Shown here one piece after another: positions 36,844 through 46,555 of a stretch of 64,000 bases of DNA. Source of the stretch: Pseudonocardiaceae bacterium (GTDB lineage: Bacteria; Actinomycetota; Actinomycetes; Mycobacteriales; Pseudonocardiaceae); assembly GCA_009379815.1 (NCBI GenBank), contig WHSY01000002.1, positions 22,074 to 86,073 of the forward strand, read 5' to 3'. The first letter of the stretch is position 1; each line of letters begins with the position of its first letter. A program made the translations under genes and the position numbers. The notes beneath the pieces were generated by a model, which ran no database searches, had not been told where the DNA came from, and was given only the letters and a program-made list of their open reading frames with translations.

Positions 36844-36857
36844 CGAGGCCGGTGGCG

Positions 36858-37211
36858 CTACCCGGCGGCGGCGAAGACCGGGTTCCGCGGGGCGGCAGCT
36901 GTGTCGCCGCGACTCGACCGCGACGCGATGTCGGTGGCCAGGCTGAAGACCCGCAGCATCCGGTCGGGGTCACGCCACTGGTGGCACAGCGCGAAATCCA
37001 ACCACTGCTGCGGCGGCACGAGCGGCTCGCGGGAGTAGTCCAGCTCCCCCCAGGTGACCGCGAGCTCGAAGAGCTCGAGCAGCTCGTCGCCATCGGTCTC
37101 CACCGCGAGCAGCCGATCATGATGCCGTCGCAGCGCGGCATCGACACAGCCACCCCGGCAGGTGGCGAGGCCCACGACGTCTTCCTGACGGACGCAGAGC
37201 GTTGGCGACAC
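36858..37211 (-). CDS. Hypothetical 117-aa protein
   Basis: ORF 36858..37211; GTG preceded by GGGAGG at 5-nt spacing. No family recognised. Convergent with the PurM-like gene. Confidence 0.45.
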   Translation of the reverse strand: MSPTLCVRQEDVVGLATCRGGCVDAALRRHHDRLLAVETDGDELLELFELAVTWGELDYSREPLVPPQQWLDFALCHQWRDPDRMLRVFSLATDIASRSSRGDTAAAPRNPVFAAAG

Positions 37212-37319
37212 GGTGACCTCCCTGGCAGCGACGACGTCAGGTCATGATGGGCATCACGATCGCCGACGTGATTGCACACGTGTTGCAGTGCCGGTGAAGC
37301 CGAGCTGGAGGTGGCGCAG

Positions 37320-37715
37320 GTGACCGATCGGACCGTGCAGTCGCGGTGGGACGGCGGGCTGCGCGCCGTGGTGCAAGCCGGTGGTTTCGAGCTCACCGTG
37401 GACGAGCCGGAGTCCATGGGCGGCACGGATCGGGGGCCGCAACCGACCGATCTGCTGCTGGCGTCGGTCGCGTCCTGCTTCACCCTCGCGATGGCCTACA
37501 GCGCAGCCAAGCGCGACATCGAGCTCGAGGGCCTCGACGTCGACGTCACCGGCCGCTACGACGGGCCGCGGTTCTCCCGGTTGCTGATCGAGGTCCGGGC
37601 GCAGCGGCCGGCGGGCGCCGAGCTGGCCCGGCTGGTCAGCGCGGCAGAACGGGTCTGCTACGTGACCAACACGCTACGGCGCCCTCCCGAGATCGAGATC
37701 GTCGGCGCCAGCTGA
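37320..37715 (+). CDS. OsmC/Ohr-family peroxiredoxin-like protein
   Basis: Track ORF 37272..37715. Start moved to GTG 37320 (GGAGGTGG upstream). GGTDRGPQPTDLLLASVASCFTLAMAY and ERVCYVTNTL hold the two conserved Cys. Its 3' end overlaps larC by 42 nt (convergent). Confidence 0.75.
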   Translation: MTDRTVQSRWDGGLRAVVQAGGFELTVDEPESMGGTDRGPQPTDLLLASVASCFTLAMAYSAAKRDIELEGLDVDVTGRYDGPRFSRLLIEVRAQRPAGAELARLVSAAERVCYVTNTLRRPPEIEIVGAS

Positions 37716-38846
37716 CTCCCGTCGTGCCCTGTCGGCCACCACCCGCACGGGCACGTCGAGCGCCACGGCCGCCGCCACCACGTCGTCGTGCTCGGGCTTG
37801 GCTCCCCACGGACCGCGCTTGACCCTGATCGGGTGGCCGTCGACGTCGACGGTGCTGTCGCTGCGGGGCAGTGCCAGCCGGTCGACGTGGCTTCGGCGAA
37901 GCCCGAGGCTGCCGGTCTCGGCGAGCACGAGCCGCTCGAGCTGCGCGGCACGTTCCGGCGGGGCGAGCACGTGCACGGTGTGCGCCGGGCGGTTCTTCTT
38001 CATCACGATCGGCGAGACCCAGACGTCCGCCGCTCCGGCCTGCAGCGCCACGCCGATGAGGTGGCCGAGCACCTCGCCGGTCACGTCGTCGACGTTGGTC
38101 TCGAGGAGCACGAACGACGCGGCGGTCGGCGAACGCGAACCCAGCACGACCTGCAGCACGTTGGGCCGGTCCTCGAACTGCTTGCTGCCCGCGCCGTAGC
38201 CCGCGCCTCGCAGCGTCATCGCCGGCAGCGCCCCGTACCGCGCACCGGCCGCGAGCAGCAGGGCGGCGCCGGTCGGGGTGACGGTCTCGCCGTCGAGCCC
38301 GGCACCGGTGATCTCCGCGCCCGCCTCGGCGAGCAGGGCCAGCGTGGCGGGAGCGGGAGCGGGCAGCGCGCCGTGCCTGGTGGCCACCGAGCCCGCACCC
38401 AGCCCCAGCGGGCCGCAGTGCACTTCGGTCACGCCGAGTAGGTGCAGGGCGGCCGCGACCCCCACGGTGTCGACCACGGTGTCCAGCCCGCCGATCTCGT
38501 GCAGCGCAACCTGGTCGGGATCCGCGGCGTGCAGCCGCCCCTCGACGCCGGCGATCGCCGTCACGGCGGCGGCGGCCAGCTGCGCCACCGGCGCCGGCCG
38601 GGCGTGGCCGATCAGCTCGAGGAGCTGCGCCGCCCGCCGCTCGGTCGCCGTGTCGGTCACCCCCACGACCGCGCGGGTAGCGCCGAGACCGCCCCGCCGG
38701 ACGCGCTCCGCGGCCAGCGTCCAGCCGGTGATCCCGGTGCTCGCGACCGCGTCACGGATGCCGTCGACCGGGGCGCCGAGGTCGATGAGGGCACCGAGCA
38801 GCATGTCCCCGGAGATCCCGTTGAACGGGTTGCACCAGAGGATCAC
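37674..38846 (-). CDS. larC: Nickel-pincer cofactor biosynthesis protein LarC (nickel insertion)
   Basis: GTG 38846 overlaps the larB stop (GTGA), in frame with track ORF 37674..38936. VILWCNPFNGISGDMLLGALIDLGAP is the typical LarC N-terminus. Confidence 0.8.
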   Translation of the reverse strand: MILWCNPFNGISGDMLLGALIDLGAPVDGIRDAVASTGITGWTLAAERVRRGGLGATRAVVGVTDTATERRAAQLLELIGHARPAPVAQLAAAAVTAIAGVEGRLHAADPDQVALHEIGGLDTVVDTVGVAAALHLLGVTEVHCGPLGLGAGSVATRHGALPAPAPATLALLAEAGAEITGAGLDGETVTPTGAALLLAAGARYGALPAMTLRGAGYGAGSKQFEDRPNVLQVVLGSRSPTAASFVLLETNVDDVTGEVLGHLIGVALQAGAADVWVSPIVMKKNRPAHTVHVLAPPERAAQLERLVLAETGSLGLRRSHVDRLALPRSDSTVDVDGHPIRVKRGPWGAKPEHDDVVAAAVALDVPVRVVADRARRESAGADDLDLGRAP

Positions 38847-39523
38847 CGCCGCTCCCGGACCGTCGCGATCCGGTGTGCGGCCATGGCGGCACCGAACCCG
38901 GAGTCGATGTTCACCACGACCACGCCGGCCGCGCACGAGGTGAGCATCGCCAGCATCGGCGTGATCCCGTCGAGTGCAGCCCCGTAGCCCACCGAGGTGG
39001 GGACCGCGATCACCGGGCAGTCCACCAGACCGCCCACCACGCTGGGCAGCGCGCCATCCATGCCGGCCACGCAGATCAGCGCATCCGCGGCGGCCAGGTC
39101 GTCGGTCTCGGCGAGCAGCCGGTGGATCCCGGCCACGCCGACATCGGCCAGCAGCCGGGCGGACAGGCCGATCGCCGTGGCCACTGCCACCGCCTCGGCC
39201 GCGACCGGCCCGTCCGAGGTACCGGCCGAGGCCACCACGACCCGGAACCCCCGCGACCGGGCGTGCCGCCAGCTCAGCACGCGGGCGACCTCGTCGTAGC
39301 TGCCGCCGGGCAGCTGTGCGGAAACCTCGTCGGCCTTCTGCGGCGCCAGCCGCGTCGCCAGCACCGGCCCGGTGTTGGCCTCGAGCAGGCTCCCGACGAT
39401 CGCGACGATCTGCCCGGGGGCCTTGCCCGGCCCGTACACGACCTCCGGAAGGCCCTGACGGCTCTCCCGGCCCACGTCCGGGCGGGCGAAGCCGAGATCG
39501 GTGAAGCCACCCCCACCGCTCAC
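38843..39523 (-). CDS. larB: Nickel-pincer cofactor biosynthesis protein LarB (PurE-like carboxylase/hydrolase)
   Basis: GTG 39523 overlaps the larE stop (GTGA). VVVASAGTSDGPVAAEA and VAGMDGALPSVVGGL PurE-like motifs; 226 aa. Confidence 0.8.
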   Translation of the reverse strand: MSGGGGFTDLGFARPDVGRESRQGLPEVVYGPGKAPGQIVAIVGSLLEANTGPVLATRLAPQKADEVSAQLPGGSYDEVARVLSWRHARSRGFRVVVASAGTSDGPVAAEAVAVATAIGLSARLLADVGVAGIHRLLAETDDLAAADALICVAGMDGALPSVVGGLVDCPVIAVPTSVGYGAALDGITPMLAMLTSCAAGVVVVNIDSGFGAAMAAHRIATVRERR

Positions 39524-40359
39524 CGGGCGGCCGCAGCCGGCATACCGAGCAGCACGTTCATCCGGCCGCTGGCAAAGCCCTGCAGGTCCAGCGCGCAGAA
39601 CGCGAACCCCGCACCGCGAACCGCGGCGTCGAGATCCGTCCGCAGCCCGGCAGCGCGGTCCACCTCGTCGGCGGGCACCTCGACCCTGGCCACGGCGCCG
39701 TCGCCGTGCGAGCGCACCCGGCAGACCGGGAAGCCCAGCGCCCGGACCGCCTCCTCGGCGACCTCGATGCGGTGCAGGAGCTCCTCGGTGACCGGCTCCC
39801 CGTAGGCGACGCGCGAGGCGAGGCAGGCCGCCGCAGGCTTCGCCGCGGTCGACAGCCCCAGCGCCGCGCTCACCCGGCGCACCTCGGCCTTGCCGAAACC
39901 GACGTCGCACAGCGGCGCGATGGCACCTCGGGCAGCGGCGGCGTGCTGGCCGGGACGGTGATCTCCGAGGTCGTCGACATTCGTGCCCAGTGCCACGTTG
40001 GCGCCGGACAGCGTCGCCAGCGGCTCGACCGCGTCGAACAGCGCCGACTTGCAGTGGTAGCAGCGGTCGCCCGCATTGGCCACGTACTCGGGGCGCTCGA
40101 TCTCGTCGGTGCGCACCTCGACGTGGGCGATGCCGCGAGCCCGGGCGAGCTCCCTGGCGGCCCTGCGCTCGGCGGCGGGCAGGCTCGACGAGACGGCCGT
40201 GACGGCGACGGCCCGATCACCGAGCACCTCGGTGGCCACCGCCGCCACCAGCGCGGAGTCCACGCCCCCGGAGTAGGCGACGATCAGCCGCTGTTCGCCC
40301 CGCAGGCGTTCCCGCAACCGCGCCAGGAGAGCCCCCGCCGGGGTTTCGACCTCGTCCAT
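39520..40359 (-). CDS. larE: ATP-dependent sacrificial sulfur transferase LarE (PP-loop)
   Basis: Track ORF 39520..40398. ATG 40359 preferred (GAAGGTG upstream). PP-loop IVAYSGGVDSALVA and Cys in KPAAACLASRV. Confidence 0.8.
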   Translation of the reverse strand: MDEVETPAGALLARLRERLRGEQRLIVAYSGGVDSALVAAVATEVLGDRAVAVTAVSSSLPAAERRAARELARARGIAHVEVRTDEIERPEYVANAGDRCYHCKSALFDAVEPLATLSGANVALGTNVDDLGDHRPGQHAAAARGAIAPLCDVGFGKAEVRRVSAALGLSTAAKPAAACLASRVAYGEPVTEELLHRIEVAEEAVRALGFPVCRVRSHGDGAVARVEVPADEVDRAAGLRTDLDAAVRGAGFAFCALDLQGFASGRMNVLLGMPAAAAR

Positions 40360-40462
40360 CCAGGCACCTTCGGCCGCCACGGTCGTTGACCCCATCACCT
40401 TAGGTACGCTTCACCGTCCCGTACAGGCTCGCCGCGCGACGCACCCGCGCGTCCCCGCCCCG

Positions 40463-40681
40463 TCAGGCCGCTTCGGCGTCGGGAACCGGCCGGTCGAGCA
40501 CGTCCGTGACCACCTGCGACATCAGCGCCTCCCCGCCCAGGCGGTATCCGAACTCCTCCCAGGACATTATCTCCCGGGACAGCAGCTCCCCCACGGCTCC
40601 CGGATAGATCTGCTTGGCCCGATACGCCGCGGCGCGGAACCTGCTCCTGACGTGGAGCTCGGCGTGCGCGTCGTCCCGCAC
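40463..40681 (-). CDS. Small conserved-looking hypothetical protein (72 aa)
   Basis: GTG 40681 preceded by GAGGAGG, in frame with track ORF 40463..40783. VRDDAHAELHVRSRFRAAAYRAKQIYPGAVGELLSREIMSWEEFGYRLGGE. No family recognised. Confidence 0.35.
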   Translation of the reverse strand: MRDDAHAELHVRSRFRAAAYRAKQIYPGAVGELLSREIMSWEEFGYRLGGEALMSQVVTDVLDRPVPDAEAA

Positions 40682-40843
40682 TGCGCCCTCCTCACTGCTG
40701 GCTCGACCACGTCCCTCCTGGATACCCCCACGGCGGCAAAGTATGTGAGTTGAGCCCGACAATCTTGTCGTGGGCTGCGCCACGCGCGCCGTGCTCGCGC
40801 CCTAGGCTCCCGCCATCACCCCGCCGAGCCGAGGGAGTAACAA

Positions 40844-41269
40844 GTGACGACCGTGTTCAGCCGGATCATCGAGGGCGAGCTGCCGGGCCGGTTCGTCTGG
40901 AGCGACGACCGGTGCGTCGCGTTCCTGTCCATCGCACCCCTTCGCACCGGGCACACGCTGGTCGTGCCGCGCGAGGAGGTCGACAACTGGACCGACGCCG
41001 ACGACGACCTGCTCGCCCATCTCCTCACGGTCGCCAAGCAGATCGGCGCTGTGCAGCGCGGCGCGTTCGACGCGCCCCGCTCCGGTGTGGTCATCGCCGG
41101 TTTCGAGGTGCCCCACCTGCACGTGCACGTCTTCCCGGCGTGGGGCATGACGGACTTCGACTTCGCACTCGCGGAGTCCGACCCCGACCCCGACGAGATG
41201 GACGCCGCCGCCGAGATGCTGCGCCGAGCGCTGCGTGACGCAGGGCACGCCACACGTGTCCCGGCCTGA
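40844..41269 (+). CDS. HIT-family nucleotide hydrolase/transferase
   Basis: ORF 40844..41269 (GTG, GAGGGAG upstream). Histidine triad VPHLHVHVFP. Confidence 0.85.
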   Translation: MTTVFSRIIEGELPGRFVWSDDRCVAFLSIAPLRTGHTLVVPREEVDNWTDADDDLLAHLLTVAKQIGAVQRGAFDAPRSGVVIAGFEVPHLHVHVFPAWGMTDFDFALAESDPDPDEMDAAAEMLRRALRDAGHATRVPA

Positions 41270-41290
41270 TCCGCAGGAGCCGCGCCTGAC

Positions 41291-43564
41291 TCAGGTGGAC
41301 GGGGCGAGCGGGCGGAAGCGGCGCAACCGCAGGCTGTTGGACACCACGAACGCGCTGGACAACGCCATCGCCGCTCCCGCGATCATGGGGTTGAGCAGCC
41401 CCAACGCGGCCAGCGGCAGCGCTGCCACGTTGTAGGCGAACGCCCAGAACAGGTTGCCCTTGATCGTGCCCAGCGTGCGGCGGGACAGCCGGATTGCGTC
41501 CGCAGCCACCCGCAGATCGCCACGTACGAGGGTGAGGTCACCTGCCTCCATGGCGACATCGGTGCCGGTGCCCATCGCCAGGCCCAGGTCGGCCTGTGCC
41601 AGCGCAGCGGCGTCATTGACGCCGTCACCGACCATCGCGACGACGCGGCGCTGCGACTGCAGCCGCCGCACCTCCTCGACCTTGCCCTCGGGCAGCACCC
41701 CGGCAATGACGTCGTCGATGCCCACCTCGGCGGCCACGGCACGGGCGACCGTCTCGTTGTCGCCGGTGAGCAGCACCGGGTGCAACTCGAGCTCACGCAG
41801 CGATGCCACTGCCGGGGCGCTGGTGGGCTTGACGGTGTCGGCGACGGTGAGCAGGCCCCGCACCTGCCCGTCCCAGGCGACGGCGACGACGGTGCGGCCG
41901 TTGCGCTCCGACTGCGCCGACGCCCCGGCCAGCGCCCCGGGCAGGGCCGACGACCACGCTTCGGCGAGCCAGGCCGGTCGCCCCACCAGCACGGCCCGGC
42001 CCTCGACCTCGCCGGCGACGCCGAGGCCTTCGCTCGAGGTGAACCCCGACACCGCCGGGAGGGAGCTGCAGCGCTGCCGGGCCCCGTCGGCGATGGCGCG
42101 GGCGACCGGGTGCTCGGAGGCGTCTTCCACCGCCCCGGCCAGGCGCAGCACGTCGCCGGCGTCCTGGCCGGGCACGGGCAGCACGTCGACCAGCGACATG
42201 GTGCCGGTGGTGATGGTGCCGGTCTTGTCCAGCAGCACGGTGTCGACACGGCGGGTCGACTCCAGCACCTCCGGACCCTTGATCAAAATGCCCAGCTGCG
42301 CGCCCCGGCCGGTGCCGACGAGCAGCGCGGTCGGCGTCGCGAGGCCCAGCGCACAGGGGCAGGCGATGATGAGCACGGCGACGGCGGCGGTGAAGGCCGC
42401 GGCCGCCGCTGCCCCGGCGGCGAGCCACACCACCAGGGTGGCCGCCGCGATCACGATGACGACCGGCACGAACACGGCGGAGATGCGGTCGGCCAGCCGC
42501 TGCACCTGCGCCTTGCCGCTCTGCGCTTCCTGCACCAGCTTCGTCATCTGCGCCAGCCGGGTATCGGCGCCGACGTGGGTGGCACGAACCGTCAGCCGGC
42601 CGCCGGAGTTCACCGTCCCGCCGGTGACGGCCGAACCGGGTGACACCTGGACCGGCACCGACTCTCCGGTGAGCATGCTCTCGTCGATGGCCGAGGAGCC
42701 GTCGACGACCTCCCCGTCGGTGGCGAGCCGCTCGCCCGGCCGCACCAGGAACCGGTCACCGACCGCGAGCTCCTCGGTCGGGATCCGCACCTCGGTGAGG
42801 CTGCCGGGGCCGTCGCGCAGCACTGCGACATCGCGGGCACCGAGATCCAGCAGCGCTCGAAGCGCGGCGCCGGCCCGCCGCTTGGACCGCGCCTCGAAAT
42901 AGCGCCCCAGCAGGATGAATGTGGTGACCCCCGCGGCCACCTCGAGGTAGATCTGCCCATCGCCTGCCATCCGGCTGGCGGTGAGGCTGAACTCATGGGT
43001 CATCCCCGGCACTCCGGCCGAGCCCAGGAACAGCGCGTAGAGCGACCAGCCGAACGCGGCGAGCACGCCCATGGAGATCAGGGTGTCCATCGTGGCCGCG
43101 CCGTGGCGCAGGTTGGCCCAGGTGGCGCGGTGAAACGGCAGCGCGCCCCAGACCACGACCGGGGAGGCCAGCACCAGCGAGAGCCACTGCCAGTGGGTGA
43201 ACTGCAGCGGTGGCACCATCGCCAGCACGATCACCGGTACCGACAGGGTGGTCGAGACCAGCACCCGGTCGCGCAGCGCCCCGATCTCGCCCGGTTGCTC
43301 GGCATCGCCGGGCTCGGGAGTGGCCAGCTCCGGCAGTTCGGCTGTGTAGCCGGTCCGGACGACCGCGTCCACCAGGTCGTCCGGTGTCACGGCGTCGGCA
43401 TAGCGGACCCGGGCCTTCTCGGTGGCATAGTTGACGCTCGCACTCACCCCGTCGAGCCGGTTGAGCTTCTTCTCGATCCGCGCCGCGCAGGAGGCGCAGG
43501 TCATACCCCCGATCGACAGCTCGACTCGGTGGTCCAGTGGTGCCGGATCGGTGGCCGTGCTCAT
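41291..43564 (-). CDS. copA: Copper-translocating P-type ATPase
   Basis: ATG 43564 overlaps the copZ stop (ATGA), in frame with track ORF 41291..43726. GMTCASCAARIEKKL, CPC (IIACPCALGLATP), DKTGT, GDGVNDAAAL. Confidence 0.9.
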   Translation of the reverse strand: MSTATDPAPLDHRVELSIGGMTCASCAARIEKKLNRLDGVSASVNYATEKARVRYADAVTPDDLVDAVVRTGYTAELPELATPEPGDAEQPGEIGALRDRVLVSTTLSVPVIVLAMVPPLQFTHWQWLSLVLASPVVVWGALPFHRATWANLRHGAATMDTLISMGVLAAFGWSLYALFLGSAGVPGMTHEFSLTASRMAGDGQIYLEVAAGVTTFILLGRYFEARSKRRAGAALRALLDLGARDVAVLRDGPGSLTEVRIPTEELAVGDRFLVRPGERLATDGEVVDGSSAIDESMLTGESVPVQVSPGSAVTGGTVNSGGRLTVRATHVGADTRLAQMTKLVQEAQSGKAQVQRLADRISAVFVPVVIVIAAATLVVWLAAGAAAAAAFTAAVAVLIIACPCALGLATPTALLVGTGRGAQLGILIKGPEVLESTRRVDTVLLDKTGTITTGTMSLVDVLPVPGQDAGDVLRLAGAVEDASEHPVARAIADGARQRCSSLPAVSGFTSSEGLGVAGEVEGRAVLVGRPAWLAEAWSSALPGALAGASAQSERNGRTVVAVAWDGQVRGLLTVADTVKPTSAPAVASLRELELHPVLLTGDNETVARAVAAEVGIDDVIAGVLPEGKVEEVRRLQSQRRVVAMVGDGVNDAAALAQADLGLAMGTGTDVAMEAGDLTLVRGDLRVAADAIRLSRRTLGTIKGNLFWAFAYNVAALPLAALGLLNPMIAGAAMALSSAFVVSNSLRLRRFRPLAPST

Positions 43565-43782
43565 CCGGCCACGACCTCGTAACCTGCCTCGTCGATCGCC
43601 GCCCGGACCTCGGCGTCGTCGAGCGCCCGGTCGCTGTGTACGCGGACCCGGCCACTGTCGAGGTCGACGTCGACACCGGCGACGCCGTCGATGCGGCCGA
43701 CCGCATCGGTGACCGCGTCGATGCAATGCCGGCAGCTCATCCCGCTGACGGTGTACTCGAACACGGTGTCGGTGCCGGCCAT
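43561..43782 (-). CDS. copZ: Heavy-metal-associated copper chaperone
   Basis: ATG 43782 (GAGGAG upstream), in frame with track ORF 43561..43842. VSGMSCRHCIDAV metal-binding motif; 73 aa. Confidence 0.8.
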   Translation of the reverse strand: MAGTDTVFEYTVSGMSCRHCIDAVTDAVGRIDGVAGVDVDLDSGRVRVHSDRALDDAEVRAAIDEAGYEVVAG

Positions 43783-43813
43783 GGAAGCGCTCCTCGGTGT
43801 CGTCGTCTGCCGC

Positions 43814-44095
43814 TCAGGACCGCACCAGGCGGGCGATGGCATCGGAGGCCTCCTTGACCTTCACGGCCGCCTCCCCACCACCCTCGGCAGCCGCATCGAC
43901 GACGCAGGTGCTCATGTGCTCCTCGAGCATTGCCAGTGCGAAGGATTGCAGCGCCTTGGTCGAGGCGCTGACCTGGGTGAGCACGTCGATGCAGTACTCG
44001 TCGCGCTCCACCATGCGCTGCAGCCCTCGGATCTGGCCCTCGATACGCCGGAGCCGCTTGAGGTAGAGCTCACGGTCGGTGCTGTAACTGGCCAT
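43814..44095 (-). CDS. csoR: Copper-sensing repressor CsoR
   Basis: ATG 44095 (AGGAGGGG upstream), in frame with track ORF 43814..44293. [31 protein letters not shown]...EEHMSTC (C-H-C ligand set). Confidence 0.85.
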   Translation of the reverse strand: MASYSTDRELYLKRLRRIEGQIRGLQRMVERDEYCIDVLTQVSASTKALQSFALAMLEEHMSTCVVDAAAEGGGEAAVKVKEASDAIARLVRS

Positions 44096-44133
44096 GGGTA
44101 CCGTCCCCTCCTGCTCTCGACGCCAGTTTACAC

Positions 44134-44152
44134 TATACCCCCGTTGGGTATA
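44134..44152. promoter_or_regulatory. Inverted repeat TATACCC-CCGTT-GGGTATA (candidate CsoR operator)
   Basis: Perfect 7-bp arms read directly, 39 nt upstream of the csoR start. A GC-tract-centred pseudo-palindrome is typical of CsoR sites. Confidence 0.5.
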
Positions 44153-44199
44153 TTCGGCGGCTGTGGAAGATCCGGTGCGCTCCCGGCGTTGCGCCGGAC

Positions 44200-45264
44200 G
44201 TGACCGGCCCAACCGCCACTGGCGCGACCCCCGTACCGCTGTCCGTCCTCGATCTGGCCCCGGTCGGCACCGGCAGCACACCGGGTCATGCACTGCGGGC
44301 GAGCCTCGAGCTGGCCAGCCGGGCCGAGGACCTCGGCTTCACCCGCTACTGGCTGGCCGAGCATCACAACATGCCCGGTATCGCCAGCTCGGCGACTGCG
44401 GTGATGATCGGACAGGTCGCGGCCGTGACCAGCCGGATGCGGATCGGTTCGGGCGGGGTGATGCTGCCCAACCACGCTCCGCTGGTGGTGGCCGAACAGT
44501 TCGGCACGCTCGAGGCCCTCTACCCCGGCCGGATCGACCTCGGCATCGGCCGAGCTCCCGGCACCGACCAGGCCACCGCCATGGCGCTGCGGCGGTCGGC
44601 GGAGGCGCTGTCCGCGGACGACTTCCCCGACCAGCTCGTCGAGCTGCGAGCGTTCCTGTCCGGCCGGTTCCCCGACGGCCATCCCTACGCCGGGATCACC
44701 GCGGTACCGGGCCGGGGCGCCACACCGGCGGTGTGGCTGCTCGGCTCGTCCGGGTTCAGTGCCCAGGTCGCCGGCCACCTCGGCCTGCCGTTCGCCTTCG
44801 CCCACCACTTCAGCGCCACGAACACGCTGCCGGCGCTGGAGCTCTACCGCGCGACGTTCCGGCCCTCCGACGTCCTGGCGCGCCCCTACGCGATGGTCAC
44901 CGCGTCGGTCGTCTGCGCCGAGGACGACCAGCGGGCGCGCTGGCTCGCCGCGCCCGGTGGTCTGTCGTTCCTGCGGCTGCGCGCCGGGCGACCCACGCCG
45001 TTGCCCAGCCCCGAGGAGGCTGCCGCCGCCCCGTTGACCGGACGCGACCGTGCCGTGATCGCGCAGTGGACCGAGGGGCATGTGGTGGGCACGCCGGATG
45101 CCGTGCGCGAGCAGCTGGCAGATCTGCAGGATCGCACCGGCGCCGACGAGCTGATGATCTCGACGATGCTCCACGACCCGGCTGACCGGCTGCACTCCTA
45201 CGAGCTGGTCGCCGGGGCGGTGCCGTTCGCCCCTTCCGGGCACGAGGCCGCGGTCGGCGGTTGA
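44200..45264 (+). CDS. LLM-class (luciferase-like) flavin-dependent oxidoreductase
   Basis: ORF 44200..45264. LSVLDLAPV and [21 protein letters not shown] are typical of the YhbW-like LLM group. Confidence 0.8.
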   Translation: MTGPTATGATPVPLSVLDLAPVGTGSTPGHALRASLELASRAEDLGFTRYWLAEHHNMPGIASSATAVMIGQVAAVTSRMRIGSGGVMLPNHAPLVVAEQFGTLEALYPGRIDLGIGRAPGTDQATAMALRRSAEALSADDFPDQLVELRAFLSGRFPDGHPYAGITAVPGRGATPAVWLLGSSGFSAQVAGHLGLPFAFAHHFSATNTLPALELYRATFRPSDVLARPYAMVTASVVCAEDDQRARWLAAPGGLSFLRLRAGRPTPLPSPEEAAAAPLTGRDRAVIAQWTEGHVVGTPDAVREQLADLQDRTGADELMISTMLHDPADRLHSYELVAGAVPFAPSGHEAAVGG

Positions 45265-45274
45265 TGCAGCGCCG

Positions 45275-46264
45275 CTAGCCCGGAGCAGGCACGAGAATCA
45301 CCCACACCTTTCCCGGCGCGAGGGGCAGCGGCGTGCCGTCGGAACGGCTGAACGTGGTCGGGGCAGGCGGCGCCGGCCGCGACCACTGGCCCTGGAAGGA
45401 CCGCCCGTCGCGCAGCACCACCGCCTCGCCGTGGCCCACCGTCACGGCGAACGGCGACACCGCCCCCGTCGCGTCCCGGATCGCGGTGGGCTTCAACCGA
45501 ACGCGTTGTAGCACCACCGTCGCGGCACCCGGACGGCCGCCCTCCGCGGCTCGCAGTGGCGCCCCATCCATCGCGAAGACCCAGCGGTGCTGGGCCTGTG
45601 CCCACTCGATGCCGATCCGCGCGCTCCGGTAGCTCACGGAGGTGGCCTCGACCGGTCGCCCGCCTGCAGGTGTGGGACCGAACTCGAAGCCGATGTCGAC
45701 CGGTGGCGCCCCGGCGGGTGCCAACCGGGCGGCGTCGCCGTAGAGGTTGTGCGGACGCGGGCGCGCCCCCTCCCGGAAGTAAGCGCCGGGACGTGCGGGC
45801 GCCGAGACGTCCACCGCCGGGGACCGGTCCAGCAGCGGCCGCAGCTCGGGAGCCTCGCCGGAGAACGCGAACGCCGGCCTGCCGAAGTTCGCCAGCAGCT
45901 GCACGTCGGTCCGGCGGACGCTGCGCACTGGGCCCACGACGGGCGGGACCTGGGACTGGAACACGGCGGCCAACCGGCTGATCCCGCCCTCGACCGGTTC
46001 GACGTAGACGAGATCGGCCGCGGTGAGACCCGTCTGCGGCCGCGCCTGCCCGACATTGTCGATCTTGACGACGAGCACCGGCGCGGCCAGGTCCGTCGGC
46101 AAGCCGGTGAAGGGCGAGACAGGAGGCGATGGGGTCGGCGAGCTCGACCCCGGTGCGCTCGGCGAGCCCGGGGCACCAGGCAGCGAGCCGGTCGTGCAGC
46201 CGGCGAGCAGGACCGCGAGAACGGCGATGGCCGCGGTGCGACAGCGGGTGGCCCCATGGCTCAT
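45275..46264 (-). CDS. DUF3048-domain lipoprotein
   Basis: ATG 46264, in frame with track ORF 45275..46660. Lipobox AVLAVLLAGC, then SPFTGLP...VLVVKIDNVGQARPQTGLTAADLVYVEPVEGGISRLAAVF. Confidence 0.7.
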   Translation of the reverse strand: MSHGATRCRTAAIAVLAVLLAGCTTGSLPGAPGSPSAPGSSSPTPSPPVSPFTGLPTDLAAPVLVVKIDNVGQARPQTGLTAADLVYVEPVEGGISRLAAVFQSQVPPVVGPVRSVRRTDVQLLANFGRPAFAFSGEAPELRPLLDRSPAVDVSAPARPGAYFREGARPRPHNLYGDAARLAPAGAPPVDIGFEFGPTPAGGRPVEATSVSYRSARIGIEWAQAQHRWVFAMDGAPLRAAEGGRPGAATVVLQRVRLKPTAIRDATGAVSPFAVTVGHGEAVVLRDGRSFQGQWSRPAPPAPTTFSRSDGTPLPLAPGKVWVILVPAPG

Positions 46265-46555
46265 CACCCCATGCTGACGCAGCGGCGGCGTCGACGGAAT
46301 GCGTTTCGCTACCCTCCGGGTACATCGGGTGACTACTCGGACCGAAGATCGGGTGCCGCTCGTCGCGCGATGAGAGCCGCTCAGCGGCCCGGCCGGGTAG
46401 GTCTGGCCGCGTGTGTTGCCCCGGGCGGTGGCCGGTCGATAGCTTCCCCCAGTCCTCATCACGGCCCTGTAACGGAGGTAGGAGCTCACCCCGAATGCGG
46501 CTCCCCGGGATCCCCCGCCCGGCACCTCAGCGGCCCCCCGAATGGAAGGGCAGTC

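Noticed and set aside
37674-37715. 42-nt convergent overlap of the OsmC and larC 3' ends as something functional
   Set aside because: It is probably just compact convergent gene ends; both C-termini look normal. It is noted but not considered significant.
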